From: Anaeromyxobacter oryzae
GTDB taxonomy: Bacteria; Myxococcota; Myxococcia; Myxococcales; Anaeromyxobacteraceae
Assembly: GCF_023169945.1 (NCBI RefSeq)
Contig: NZ_AP025591.1
Span: 3,156,481-3,220,480, forward strand
Length of the DNA stretch: 64,000 bases
Direction: 5' to 3'
Shown here: positions 41,108-50,749 of the stretch, one piece after another
Position numbering within the stretch: the stretch's first letter is position 1
Layout of the letters: every line of letters begins with the position of its first letter
Program-made: the position numbers and the translations under genes
Notes under the pieces: model-generated
Told to the model about the DNA's origin: nothing
The model's database searches: none
Seen by the model: the letters and a program-made list of their open reading frames with translations, nothing else

Positions 41108-41309
41108 GGCGCGCGGTGCCGAGCGTTCGCTCGGATCTGCACTGCGGGCGGGCTAGGGGCTTTCGAAGAGGGTGGAGGCCGGGGCGTCTCTGCGCGGGCG
41201 GAACGCCGTCTGCGTGATCGGCTCCGAGAGGCCTGAGCTGCGAAGGCGGCGATTCAGGCTGAGTTGGCGACTGACGTCGATCCGACGCAGATGTGTGCGC
41301 CGTCCGGGT

Positions 41310-41395
41310 CGAGTCCGGGTCCGGGTTCGGGGCGAGTCCGCGAGTCCGGGGTTCCGGGGTCCGGGGTCCGCGGGGTGGGGTCCGGCGGCTGCGCT
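41310..41395. repeat. G-rich degenerate tandem repeat (GTCCGGG/GTTCGGGG units)
   Basis: gagtccgggtccgggttcggggcgagtccgcgagtccggggttccggggtccggggtccgcggggtggggtccgg. Confidence 0.6.
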
Positions 41396-41455
41396 GGCTG
41401 GGGTCGCGATCAGGGTCGAGATCGAGGTCGCCCGGAGAGAACCTCCCTCTCCCCC

Positions 41456-41505
41456 CGCTCTCTGGTCGCCGGGAGCGTTCGAGAGCGGGGGGAGAGGGCC
41501 GGGGT
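41456..41505. repeat. perfect 16-bp inverted repeat (hairpin) with 18-nt loop
   Basis: CTCTCCCCCCGCTCTC ... GAGAGCGGGGGGAGAG. Confidence 0.7.
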
Positions 41506-41709
41506 GAGGGGGGCCCGCTTGCGCTTGGCCGGACAGGCCGCGCGCGCCACACCGAGCAGGGCGCGAACGAGGCGCGAGGCGAAGCACTGCCTCTCATGTT
41601 CGGATTCCCGGCCACGCGTACCGCGGCGCGCGCGAGGCCTCGCTCGTGGGCGCGCCACGCCAGCGGGCCCCAATCGGTCGGCAATCCAGACAATCGCGAA
41701 TTGCGCTCG

Positions 41710-43434
41710 ATGTCAGATCGGCGTGCTAATCGACTATGGATGCTCGACGGCGGCTTCAGCTCGATCGGCCTGTGCGCGGTAGCCGTCCCGGCTCCTCCGG
41801 ACGCGCTCGCGGCCGAGGCCTGGCTCCTCGCGCCGCCGATGCCGCACGAGCGCAAGGGCGTTCTCCGGGAGGAGGCGGCGCGGCTCATCGACGGCCTGCT
41901 CGCGCGCGTCGCGCGGGGGCGCGGCGCGCTCGACGTCGCGATCGGCGAAGGGCTCGATGCGCTATCGATTGGCGATCGGTTGCTGCAGCTCGGTTGCTCC
42001 GGCGTCGGCGACTACGCGCGCGAGCATCTGGGTATCCACGAACGCACGGGCCAGCAGATGGCGCGGCTCGCGCGGGAGCTGCGGGTGCGTCCGCTCCTGC
42101 GCGAGGCGGTCCGGAGCGGCGAGGTCACCGCCCGGAAGGCGACGGCGATCTTGCCCGTCGCGCGCGGCGCCGACGAGGCCGCGTGGGTAGCCCGTGCGCG
42201 GTCCGAGACCGTGCGGGCCCTCGACGCGGCGGTGAAGGCCGCGGGGCGACCGGAGCCGGAGCGCGAGGGCGCGGTCGAGCGTGTGGATCTCGAGGTCGGG
42301 CCCGAGGCGCGGGCCCGACTCGAGGAGGCGCTCGCGCTCGCGGGGCAGGTCCTGGGCGCAGGCGCGCCGCGCTGGCAGCGGCTCGAGGCGATCTGCCAGG
42401 AGTTCCTCGCGGCGCACCCGGTCGACGTGCGCGACGAGGAGGACGCCGTGGAGGTCGACGCGTCCGCCGCGGAGTGGCTCGAGGCCGCGCGCGCGGCGCT
42501 CGAGGATGAGACCGCGTGCTGGGCGGCGCTCGACGCCGTCGACCCGGTGATCGCGCCCGACCTCGGCGACGCCGTGGAGCGCGGTGACTCTGACGGGCTC
42601 GACGCGGAGCTCCGGGCGCTCGCGACGATGCGGGAGCGCTGGGACGAGCTCGTCGGGCATCTCGCGATGCTGCTGCGCATGCTCGGCCTGTGGCGAGAGC
42701 TCGGCTTCCTCTCGTCCGGTCACTACTCCGAGGAGCGGCTCGGGATGGCGGCGCGGACCGTCGAGCAGCGGGCCTCGCTCGCCCGACGGCTGCAGACGCT
42801 GCCGGGGCTTCGCGACGCGCTCCGGAGCGGGAGGGTGTCGTACGAGAAGGCGCGGCTGGTTGCCCGGGTCGCGGACGAGGACACGGTCGGCGAGTGGATC
42901 GCGAACGCCGAGCGGACGACCTGCATCGCGCTTCGCCGCGAGATCGAGGAGAACCAGGAGACGCAGATGTGTTCGGCGGGCGAGCTGACCGTCCGCGTTC
43001 CTCCCCGCGTGGCGCGGGTGCTCGATGCGGCGTTCCGCGCGGCGCGCTCCGCAGCCGGGCACTGGCTCACCCCGGAGGAGTGCGTCCTGCTCCTCGCGGA
43101 GCACTTCGTCGCGACCTGGGAGGACGTCCTGCGCACCCGCAGCACGCTGCATCGCATGGTCCTGGCTCGAGACCGCGGCTGGTGCCAGGTGCCGGGCTGC
43201 AGCCGGGCGGCGGCGCACGTCCATCACGTCTGGTACCGATCTCGGGGCGGCGGCGACGACGGCGAGAACCTCGTCTCCGTCTGCGCCGCGCATCACCTCC
43301 ACGCGATCCACGGCGGGTTCATCCGCGTACGGGGACGGGCGCCGGTCGGCCTCGTGTGGGAGGTCGTCCTGACGCGCTCGGCGTCGAGCGGGGGTGCGTG
43401 GGCGGCGTCCGGTGCGATCGAGTGCCGGGTCTGA
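41710..43434 (+). CDS. HNH endonuclease domain protein (DUF222/13E12-repeat-like architecture)
   Basis: C-terminal CQVPGC...HVHHVWYRSRGGGDDGENLVSVCAAHHLHAIHGG is an HNH/His-Me finger; long N-terminal helical region; ATG at 41710 chosen, upstream in-frame ORF through the repeats judged non-coding. Confidence 0.65.
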   Translation: MSDRRANRLWMLDGGFSSIGLCAVAVPAPPDALAAEAWLLAPPMPHERKGVLREEAARLIDGLLARVARGRGALDVAIGEGLDALSIGDRLLQLGCSGVGDYAREHLGIHERTGQQMARLARELRVRPLLREAVRSGEVTARKATAILPVARGADEAAWVARARSETVRALDAAVKAAGRPEPEREGAVERVDLEVGPEARARLEEALALAGQVLGAGAPRWQRLEAICQEFLAAHPVDVRDEEDAVEVDASAAEWLEAARAALEDETACWAALDAVDPVIAPDLGDAVERGDSDGLDAELRALATMRERWDELVGHLAMLLRMLGLWRELGFLSSGHYSEERLGMAARTVEQRASLARRLQTLPGLRDALRSGRVSYEKARLVARVADEDTVGEWIANAERTTCIALRREIEENQETQMCSAGELTVRVPPRVARVLDAAFRAARSAAGHWLTPEECVLLLAEHFVATWEDVLRTRSTLHRMVLARDRGWCQVPGCSRAAAHVHHVWYRSRGGGDDGENLVSVCAAHHLHAIHGGFIRVRGRAPVGLVWEVVLTRSASSGGAWAASGAIECRV

Positions 43435-43520
43435 GCGGAGCCCTCACCCCATGCGGTAGTGGTCAGCCCGTGGCTCGGGTTGGCCGCCGGTCTCGGCGCT
43501 GTCCGACAGGCGTCCAGCGG

Positions 43521-44405
43521 CTAGCGGCCGATGCGGATGGGGAGGACCACCCAGATCGACACGGGCTCCCCGCGGCAGGTCCCGGGCTCCCAGCGGCATG
43601 ACAGGACCGCGTTCGCGACCGCGACCTCCAGGTCGTCGGGCAGCGGGCGCGAGAAGCCGAACGCCGCGGGTCGTCCGTCGCGCCGGACGGCGAACTTCAC
43701 CTGGAACGTCGTGGGTGCGAAGGGTCGCAAGAGATCCGCGTCGAGCGCGCGCCCCACGCAGCCACGGTCGGCCACCCGCGGCTTCGTGCACTCCGTGACG
43801 GGCGTTGCGGTCGTGAGACGGCAGGCGTGGTCCACACAGCGCGGCGACGGCCCAGCCGCCATGAAGGCCGCCTCCTGAGGTGAGCAAGCATCGTCGTGGA
43901 CGTACGCCTCGCGGGCGAGCGCGGCCACGAGGGTCGTGGTGGCCGCGACCTCGGTCCCGTCCCGGAGGACGACCTTCGCGCATTGCCCGTCCGTCTCGCA
44001 GGCGTTCGGACCCGCGTCGAGCCGGGTGCGGTAAGCGCGTATCGCGTCCTCGCACCCGACGCGCGACGGCTGCCGGTATCCGCATCGCCCCTCGAGGCAG
44101 GCGGGGATCTTCCCCGGGCAGGAGAGCGCCCGCGCCGGGACGCCGCTGCACGCGTTCCAGAGCGCTTGCTCGACACCTTCCGGAGCCGCACCTCGGGCCA
44201 CCACGCCGTCGCACCCGAGCAAGAGCGTCGACCACGGCACGCAGTCCAGGTCCGCGCTGCACGCCTGGTACTTCGGGAGCCCGGCCCGAGCCTCGGCCTT
44301 CGCGCCCTTGCAGGCGGCGAGCTCGGCGGGTCCGTACATGGGGCGCGGCGCCGAGCGGCAGGCGAGGAGGAGCACGGCTCCGAGGAGCGGGGCGGCGCGG
44401 GTCAT
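43521..44405 (-). CDS. Cys-rich lipoprotein (hypothetical)
   Basis: lipobox LLLACRS; ~20 Cys in a 294-aa mature region. Confidence 0.5.
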   Translation of the reverse strand: MTRAAPLLGAVLLLACRSAPRPMYGPAELAACKGAKAEARAGLPKYQACSADLDCVPWSTLLLGCDGVVARGAAPEGVEQALWNACSGVPARALSCPGKIPACLEGRCGYRQPSRVGCEDAIRAYRTRLDAGPNACETDGQCAKVVLRDGTEVAATTTLVAALAREAYVHDDACSPQEAAFMAAGPSPRCVDHACRLTTATPVTECTKPRVADRGCVGRALDADLLRPFAPTTFQVKFAVRRDGRPAAFGFSRPLPDDLEVAVANAVLSCRWEPGTCRGEPVSIWVVLPIRIGR

Positions 44406-44495
44406 CCCGCGATGCTAGCACGGTCGGTGCGCCCCCTCGCGGCCGCCGGTGCCCCGGCGTGCCGCGGCCAGGGTTTCCGGTAAGATGCGCTCCCC

Positions 44496-45635
44496 ATGCC
44501 CCGCAGCACCCTGCACCGCGCGAAGCGGATCGTCGTGAAGGTCGGCACCGGCACGCTCACCGACCGGACGGGCCGGTTCGATCGCGAGAACTGCGCCCGC
44601 CTCGCCGCCGAGCTCGCCGACGTCGCGAAGGGCAGGCGGGTCGTCCTGGTGTCGTCCGGCGCCGTCGCGCTCGGCGCCGAGCGGCTCGGCCTCGTGAAGA
44701 CCAAGGGCAAGCCGTGGGACATCCCGACGAAGCAGGCCGCCGCCGCGACCGGCCAGCCGCACCTCATGGCGGCGTGGGGTGACGCGCTCGGCCGGCACGG
44801 GAAGGTGACGGCGCAGGTGCTCCTCACCGCCGACGACCTCGCCTCCCGCAAGCGCTTCCTCAACGCGCGGCGGACGTTCGAGAAGCTCCTCGAGGCGGGC
44901 GCCATCCCGGTCGTGAACGAGAACGACACCGTCGCGGTCGACGAGATCAAGGTCGGGGACAACGACACGCTCGCCGGCCTGGTCGCCGGCTGCGTCGAGG
45001 CCGAGCTCGTCGTGATGCTCACCGACGTCGAGGGGCTCTACGACCGGAACCCGGCCGAGCACGGCGCGACGCTGCTCCACGACGTCCCGCGGATCACCGC
45101 GGAGGTCGAGCGGATCGCCGGCGGCGCCGGGAGCGAGCGGAGCGTCGGCGGCATGGCGACCAAGGTGAAGGCCGCGCGCCGCCTCGCGGCGCAGGGCGTC
45201 GCGACCGCGCTCCTCTCCGGGCGCCGCGCCGGGGCGCTCGCGGCGCTCCTCGCGGGCGAGCGCATCGGCACCGTGTTCGCGCCGGGCGACGAGCGGCTCA
45301 GCTCGCGAAAGGGCTGGCTCGCCGCGGCCGCGAAGGGCAAGGGCCTCATCGTCGTGGACGCGGGCGCCCGCCGCGCCCTCGTCGAGCAGGGGCGGAGCCT
45401 CCTCCCGAGCGGGGTGCGGAGCGTCCTCGGCCACTTCCGGGTGGGTGATCCGGTGGACATCGCCATCGAGGCGGGCCGGCCGTTCGCGCGCGGGCTCGCG
45501 GGCTACGGCGCCGAGGAGGTCCGGCGGATCGCCGGCCTGAAGACGAGCGAGATCGAGCGCGCGCTCGGGTATAAGTACCTCGACGAGATCGTCCACCGGA
45601 ACGACCTGGTGGTCCTCGAGGCCAGCCGGGAGTGA
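44496..45635 (+). CDS. proB: glutamate 5-kinase
   Basis: [12 protein letters not shown], amino-acid kinase fold, C-terminal PUA domain. Confidence 0.9.
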   Translation: MPRSTLHRAKRIVVKVGTGTLTDRTGRFDRENCARLAAELADVAKGRRVVLVSSGAVALGAERLGLVKTKGKPWDIPTKQAAAATGQPHLMAAWGDALGRHGKVTAQVLLTADDLASRKRFLNARRTFEKLLEAGAIPVVNENDTVAVDEIKVGDNDTLAGLVAGCVEAELVVMLTDVEGLYDRNPAEHGATLLHDVPRITAEVERIAGGAGSERSVGGMATKVKAARRLAAQGVATALLSGRRAGALAALLAGERIGTVFAPGDERLSSRKGWLAAAAKGKGLIVVDAGARRALVEQGRSLLPSGVRSVLGHFRVGDPVDIAIEAGRPFARGLAGYGAEEVRRIAGLKTSEIERALGYKYLDEIVHRNDLVVLEASRE

Positions 45636-46927
45636 GCGTCATGCAGAGCGAGAAGGTGCAGTCGCTGGCCGCCGACATGCGGCGGCTCGCGGAGGCGGCG
45701 AGGGACGCGTCTCGCGCGCTCGCCCGGGCCGACACGCGTGCGAAGGACCTCGCGCTCCGCGCCGCGGCCGACGCGATCCGCGGCCGGACGAAGCAGATCC
45801 TCGCCGCCAACGCCGAGGACCTCGAGTCCGCCCGGAAGGCTGGCCAGAACGCCGCCTACCTCGATCGGCTCGCCCTCGACGAGAAGCGGATCGAGGGGAT
45901 CGCGAAGGCGCTCCTCGACGTCGCCGCCCTCCCGGATCCCGTCGGCGAGGTGACGCAGAGCTGGCGACGGCCGAACGGGCTCGAGATCAGGAAGGTCCGC
46001 ATCCCGCTCGGCGTGGTGCTGATGGTCTACGAGGCCCGGCCGAACGTGACGGTGGACGCGGCCGGCCTGTGCCTCAAGAGCGGGAACGCGGCGATCCTCC
46101 GCCCCGGCTCGGACGCGCTCCGCTCGTCGCTCGCGCTCGCCGAGGCGTTCGCGGAGGGGCTCGAGAAGGCGGGGCTCCCGGCGGCGAGCGCGCAGGTGGT
46201 GCCGACGCCGGACCGCGAGGCCACCTTCGAGCTGCTCCAGCTCGACGACCTCATCGACCTCGCGATCCCGCGCGGCGGCCCTTCCCTCATCCGGGCGGTC
46301 GCGGAGCGCTCGCGCGTGCCGGTGGTGAAGCACTACCAGGGCGTCTGCCACCTCTACCTGGACGAGAGCGCGCCCTCGAAGCAGGCGGTCGACATCGCGC
46401 TGAACGGGAAGGTGCAGCGGCCGGGCGTCTGCAACGCCCTCGAGTGCCTCCTCCTCCACCGCGGCGCCGCGGCGAAGCTCCTCCCGGTCGTCGGGCGCGC
46501 GCTCGCCGAGGCGGGCGTCGAGCTGCGCTGCGACCCGACCGCGCTCACGATCCTGAAGCGCGCCGGGATCCGCGCGGTCCCGGCCGCACCCGAGGACTTC
46601 GGCAAGGAGTTCCTCGACAAGATCCTCGCGATCCGCGTCGTGCCGGATCTCGACGGCGCCCTGGACCACATCGCGCGCTACGGCTCGCTCCACACCGAGG
46701 CGATCGTCACGCGCGACCTCGCGAACGCCCGCCGCTTCCAGCGGGAGGTGATCGCGAGCGCGGTGATGGTGAACGCGAGCACGCGGTTCAACGACGGCGG
46801 CGAGCTGGGGCTCGGCGCCGAGATCGGCATCTCCACCACCAAGCTGCACGCCTTCGGCCCCATGGGGCTCGCCGAGCTCACCACCCAGAAGTACCTGGTG
46901 GAAGGCGAAGGGCACGTGCGGCAGTAG
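45632..46927 (+). CDS. proA: gamma-glutamyl phosphate reductase
   Basis: ALDH-like fold with catalytic Cys in [12 protein letters not shown]; starts at the proB stop. Confidence 0.9.
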   Translation: MSVMQSEKVQSLAADMRRLAEAARDASRALARADTRAKDLALRAAADAIRGRTKQILAANAEDLESARKAGQNAAYLDRLALDEKRIEGIAKALLDVAALPDPVGEVTQSWRRPNGLEIRKVRIPLGVVLMVYEARPNVTVDAAGLCLKSGNAAILRPGSDALRSSLALAEAFAEGLEKAGLPAASAQVVPTPDREATFELLQLDDLIDLAIPRGGPSLIRAVAERSRVPVVKHYQGVCHLYLDESAPSKQAVDIALNGKVQRPGVCNALECLLLHRGAAAKLLPVVGRALAEAGVELRCDPTALTILKRAGIRAVPAAPEDFGKEFLDKILAIRVVPDLDGALDHIARYGSLHTEAIVTRDLANARRFQREVIASAVMVNASTRFNDGGELGLGAEIGISTTKLHAFGPMGLAELTTQKYLVEGEGHVRQ

Positions 46928-46944
46928 CAGGCAAAGGGACCTGG

Positions 46945-47532
46945 ATGGCGACGAAGAAGAAGGTGATGAAGGCGACGACGGCGAAGAAGAAGACCGTGAA
47001 GAAGGGCCCCCCGGGCAAGCTCGGTCCGAGGAAGCTCGCCGCGAAGCGCGGCCCCCCCGTCAAGAAGCGGAAGCACTACCCGAAGCCCGCGGTCCCGGGC
47101 ACCGGCCGCCGCCCGAAGAGCGCCGCGACGCCCGTCGCCGGGGCCACTGCGCTCGCGGTCGAGGCGCCCGCCCGCGCCGCCGCGCCGGATCCCGCGCGGC
47201 CGACCGCGCTCGCCATCGCGCAGGCCGGCCTCGACAAGAAGGCGGAGGACGTCACCGTCCTCGACGTCCGCGGCCTCACGAGCTACGCCGACTACTTCGT
47301 CGTGATGACCGCCGACTCCGATCGCCAGGCCGGCGCCATCGCCGACTTCGTCGAGCAGACGATGAAGGCGAAGGGCGTCAGCAAGGTCGGCGTCGAGGGC
47401 TACGAGGGCGGGCGCTGGATCCTCGTCGACTACGGCGACGTCGTCGCGCACGTGATGAACCGCGAGTCGCGCGGGTTCTACGATCTCGAGGGGCTCTGGG
47501 CGGACGCGCCCCGGTTCACCGTCGAGGACTGA
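46945..47532 (+). CDS. rsfS: ribosome silencing factor RsfS (Iojap) with Lys-rich N-terminal extension
   Basis: C-terminal DVTVLDVRGLTSYADYFVVMTADSDRQ...GRWILVDYGDVVAHVM...YDLEGLW is the Iojap domain; N-terminal 60 aa KKKVMKATTAKKKTVKK. Confidence 0.8.
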   Translation: MATKKKVMKATTAKKKTVKKGPPGKLGPRKLAAKRGPPVKKRKHYPKPAVPGTGRRPKSAATPVAGATALAVEAPARAAAPDPARPTALAIAQAGLDKKAEDVTVLDVRGLTSYADYFVVMTADSDRQAGAIADFVEQTMKAKGVSKVGVEGYEGGRWILVDYGDVVAHVMNRESRGFYDLEGLWADAPRFTVED

Positions 47533-47868
47533 CTCGACGCACCATCGCTGCCTGCGACGGGCAGACTCGTCGCCGTGCTGCTCGGCGCACGGACCAGCGC
47601 GGCGCAGGCGCCGCTGCCAGAGGGATACGCCTGCGCTGCGCGCTCCTGCTGCGCGCTCCTCGTGTGCCCGTCTCTGCGACGCGCCCGTGCGTCTTGAACG
47701 GCGCGCGGCAGCGCGCGGCAACGTGCGTCCGCTGGGCACATGCGCGCAGGCACGCCCACCGCGCCATCCACCGAAACCACTTGCGGTGAAACCCGATCAG
47801 CGGGTACTCGTCCCTTGTTCGAGGTACGGGCGGCCCGGCGAGCGCCCGAGCTCCAGGAGAGCACACAC

Positions 47869-48783
47869 ATGAACGGACATCGCAGGAACAGCATCGTGGC
47901 GGGCGCCGCCGTGATCGTGGCCATCGCCACCGTCGCCGCGTGCAGCCAGCAGCGGGGCCCCGGCCAGCTCGCGGTGAAGCTCGTGGACGCGCCGAACCCG
48001 AACGTCACCGCGATCAACGTGAACGTCACCGCGGTGCGGACCCATGAGGCCGGGATCGGCTGGAGGACCGTGAGCGACGTGCCGGTCCGCGTCGACCTCA
48101 TGAAGCTCAAGGACTCCGTGCAGGATCTCGGGCTCGTGAACCTGCCCGCCGGCACGATCACGCAGATCCGCCTGCTCGTCTCGAAGGACGGGAACACCGC
48201 CGTCGTCGACGGGGTGGAGGTCCCGCTGGTGGTGCCGAGCGGCACCGAGTCCGGCATCAAGATCGGCGGCCCGTGGGAGATCGGGCCGTGCGCCCTCACC
48301 ACCGTGACCCTCGACTTCGACGGCGACAAGTCGATCTCGGTCCACCCGACGGGCAGCGGGGACGAGTGGATCCTGCGCCCGGTGGTCCGGACGAAGAAGA
48401 CCGAGCACGCGCCCGGGACGTGCAACGGCGACGAGGGCGGCACCGGCCCCGGCGGCACCGGCGCGGCGTGCACCGAGCCTCAGCAGTGCCTCTCCGGCGA
48501 GTGCAACGACGGCGCCTGCGCGCCGGGCGGCCCGGGCGTGCCGTGCAAGGCCGCGGCGGACTGCGCGAGCGGCACCTGCGGCCCGGACGACCTCTGCGCT
48601 CCGGGCGATGCGGGCGGCGCCGGCACGCCGTGCACGGCGGACACGCAGTGCCTGTCGAACGCCTGCGGCCAGGACGGCCTCTGCGCGCCCGGCGGCCAGG
48701 GCACGACCTGCCACGTGGACGCGGACTGCGCCGCCGCCTTCTTCTGCGCGGGCACCGTCTGCGCGGAGAGGACGAACCTCTAG
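47869..48783 (+). CDS. DUF4382-like lipoprotein with C-terminal Cys-rich repeats
   Basis: lipobox AIATVAAC; four repeats of C-x-S-G-x-C-x(4-5)-C-A-P-G. Confidence 0.6.
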   Translation: MNGHRRNSIVAGAAVIVAIATVAACSQQRGPGQLAVKLVDAPNPNVTAINVNVTAVRTHEAGIGWRTVSDVPVRVDLMKLKDSVQDLGLVNLPAGTITQIRLLVSKDGNTAVVDGVEVPLVVPSGTESGIKIGGPWEIGPCALTTVTLDFDGDKSISVHPTGSGDEWILRPVVRTKKTEHAPGTCNGDEGGTGPGGTGAACTEPQQCLSGECNDGACAPGGPGVPCKAAADCASGTCGPDDLCAPGDAGGAGTPCTADTQCLSNACGQDGLCAPGGQGTTCHVDADCAAAFFCAGTVCAERTNL

Positions 48784-48791
48784 AGCGAGGG

Positions 48792-48870
48792 AGGCGGCGC
48801 CGCGCACGGGCGGCGCGCCGCCCCGGAGGCGGCCCGGTGCCCTCGAGCGGGCGCCGGGCCGTTCCCGTTC
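48792..48870. repeat. two tandem GC hairpins between convergent genes; the second is family copy B
   Basis: GGCGGCGC-n13-GCGCCGCC, then GGCCCGG-n16-CCGGGCC-GTTCCCGTTC. Confidence 0.45.
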
Positions 48871-48891
48871 CTGGGCGACGGCGCCGGGCGC

Positions 48892-50616
48892 CTAGAACGG
48901 GTGACAACCCCTGCAGCTCTCGTAGCCGTTGTGCGGCGTCCCCCACACCACCTGCCTCTCCAGGAGGTGGCAGGCGACGTTCGAGCAGGTCTTGGTGGCG
49001 GGGTCGTACCCGGCGCCCTCGAGCCGCAGCGAGAGGGTCGCGCCGTCCATCACCGCGTCCGGGATGTCCGGGGTCGGGAAGACGATGCCGGTCGCCGCGT
49101 GCGTCACCCAGTACGGCCGCGTCGGCCGGTCGGGCGGCTGGGGCAGGAACGACAGGTCGGGCAGGTCCGGGCGGCGATCGAACGCCACCTCGCGCGCGCC
49201 GTCGACGTGGCGCAGCGGGAGGACGCGCCCCTTGCCCGTCGGCGAGCGGTCGCCGTCGCCGTGGCACCCCGCGGCGGCGCAGGAGATGGCCGAGTGGCCG
49301 CCCTCGAGCTGGTAGTCGCCGGTGGTGTCGAGCCAGTAGAAGCCCGACGGCCCGGTGGCGGTCGGGTCCACCGTGTCGGCGTGGCAGGTCTGGCAGGTGA
49401 TGGGCGCCGCGTCCTCGCCCGGCCCCCAGGTGCCGCCGCCGTGCTTGCTCGAGTGCCACGGTCCGGGGAGCCCGGTGAAGTGGCCCCACTCGTAGAGGAC
49501 GCCGTTGTCCGGCGCGAGCCCGATGTGCCCGTTCGCATCGGGCGCCCCCGCGCCGCCCGTGGCGTAGCGCGGCGGGTTGCCGTGACAGCCGCCGCAGCCG
49601 AGCGTGCCGGGCGGCGCGGTCCAGGCCGGCGTCGTCGCGTAGACCGGCGCCGCCTGTCCGCTCGAGTGGCAGTAGACGCCGGAGCACGTCGCGCCCGCGG
49701 CGTCCCACGCAGCGCCGGACGCGCCTCGCGCCTTCAACGATCCGTCCGGCGCGCCCGCGGGCGAGAGGTCCACCTCGATCGTGCCGTCCATGTGCTTCGC
49801 CGCGTCGAGCGGGTGGCAGTGGCCGCAGCCGAAGTAGTACGCGTCACCGGAGGTCGCGACGTCGGAGAGGCGCGCGAGGCTGCCGTAGGCGACGTCCTCG
49901 AGCGACGGCGGCGTCGCGTGGCGCGCGTGGGCGCCGGTCGCGGGCGGCGCGGCGTGGCAGGCGTTGCAGGCGCCGCCCGACGGGGCGTCGATCTTGCCGT
50001 CGACGTGGTGGCCCCCGGCGACGTCGATCGTCCCGTCCGGTCGGACCGTCGCCGAGTGGCAGCCGTAGCAGTTCCGGGCGACGTCGCCCTGCGGGTGGAA
50101 CTGCGTGGCGGGCGGATAGCCGTGGCAGGAGTCACAGGTGATCTGGCTCGCGTCGACCCGCGTCCAGATCGGCGCGGTGTGCTGGCCGCCGCTGTTCATC
50201 GTCGCGCCGTGGCAGTAGACGCCGCTGCAGCGCGGACCCTCGGGGTAGTCGGGCTCCCAGGCCGGCGTCGCGCCGGCGTGGCGGGCGAGGCCGTCGGGCG
50301 GGAACGTCACGATCGCGCGCCCGTCCGGCGAGGTCATGTGGTCCTTCACGTGATCGGGCACCACGTGGCACTCGCGGCACGACATCGCCGAGCGGATCGG
50401 GCCGTCGTCGACGTGGGCGCGGTGGGCGCCCACGCCGCGATCGGTGGTGGCGGTCTCGCCGTGCGCGGACCAGGGCGGGGCGGCGCTCCCGTTGCCGCCG
50501 TGGCACTGGTCGCAGGAGTCACCGCTGCTCGCGAGCGGCCGGGGGCGGTCGCACGCGAGCAGGAGCTGGAAGGCGGCGACCGCGGCGAGCGCGCGGGATC
50601 TGTGGAAGGGAGGCAT
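48892..50616 (-). CDS. multiheme c-type cytochrome-like lipoprotein of the CxxxxCH...CxxCH (Geobacter-type) family
   Basis: lipobox LLLAC; 9 CxxCH plus 4 CxxxxCH motifs (CDQCH, CRECH, CSGVYCH, CDSCH, CYGCH, CNACH, CGHCH, CSGVYCH, CGGCH, CQTCH, CAAAGCH, CSNVACH, CRGCH). Confidence 0.75.
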   Translation of the reverse strand: MPPFHRSRALAAVAAFQLLLACDRPRPLASSGDSCDQCHGGNGSAAPPWSAHGETATTDRGVGAHRAHVDDGPIRSAMSCRECHVVPDHVKDHMTSPDGRAIVTFPPDGLARHAGATPAWEPDYPEGPRCSGVYCHGATMNSGGQHTAPIWTRVDASQITCDSCHGYPPATQFHPQGDVARNCYGCHSATVRPDGTIDVAGGHHVDGKIDAPSGGACNACHAAPPATGAHARHATPPSLEDVAYGSLARLSDVATSGDAYYFGCGHCHPLDAAKHMDGTIEVDLSPAGAPDGSLKARGASGAAWDAAGATCSGVYCHSSGQAAPVYATTPAWTAPPGTLGCGGCHGNPPRYATGGAGAPDANGHIGLAPDNGVLYEWGHFTGLPGPWHSSKHGGGTWGPGEDAAPITCQTCHADTVDPTATGPSGFYWLDTTGDYQLEGGHSAISCAAAGCHGDGDRSPTGKGRVLPLRHVDGAREVAFDRRPDLPDLSFLPQPPDRPTRPYWVTHAATGIVFPTPDIPDAVMDGATLSLRLEGAGYDPATKTCSNVACHLLERQVVWGTPHNGYESCRGCHPF

Positions 50617-50749
50617 CGGAGCCCTCGATGCGGCGGTCGCCTGCCGTTCCGCACGGCGGCGGATCGTTCTCCGCGGAGTGAACCGCGGGCGAACGCGGCC
50701 CGCCTCCCCCGTAGGCGCGCCCCCAACGGCGGCCGCGCGCAGGCGCGCG

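Noticed and set aside
41076-41505. Possibility of a CRISPR array in the repeat-rich intergenic region
   Set aside because: Repeat units are 7-8 bp and contiguous with no unique spacers, and there are no cas genes in the window.
41172-41709. In-frame extension of the HNH ORF back to 41293 and other small ORFs across the repeat tract
   Set aside because: The region consists of tandem G-rich repeats and a palindrome, and translation gives RG/SG repeats. ATG at 41710 is the first start followed by normal protein sequence.
47533-47868. 337-bp intergenic region searched for tRNA or riboswitch-like structure
   Set aside because: No cloverleaf-compatible stems or conserved riboswitch motifs recognisable by eye. 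Left as a probable promoter/leader of the lipoprotein gene.
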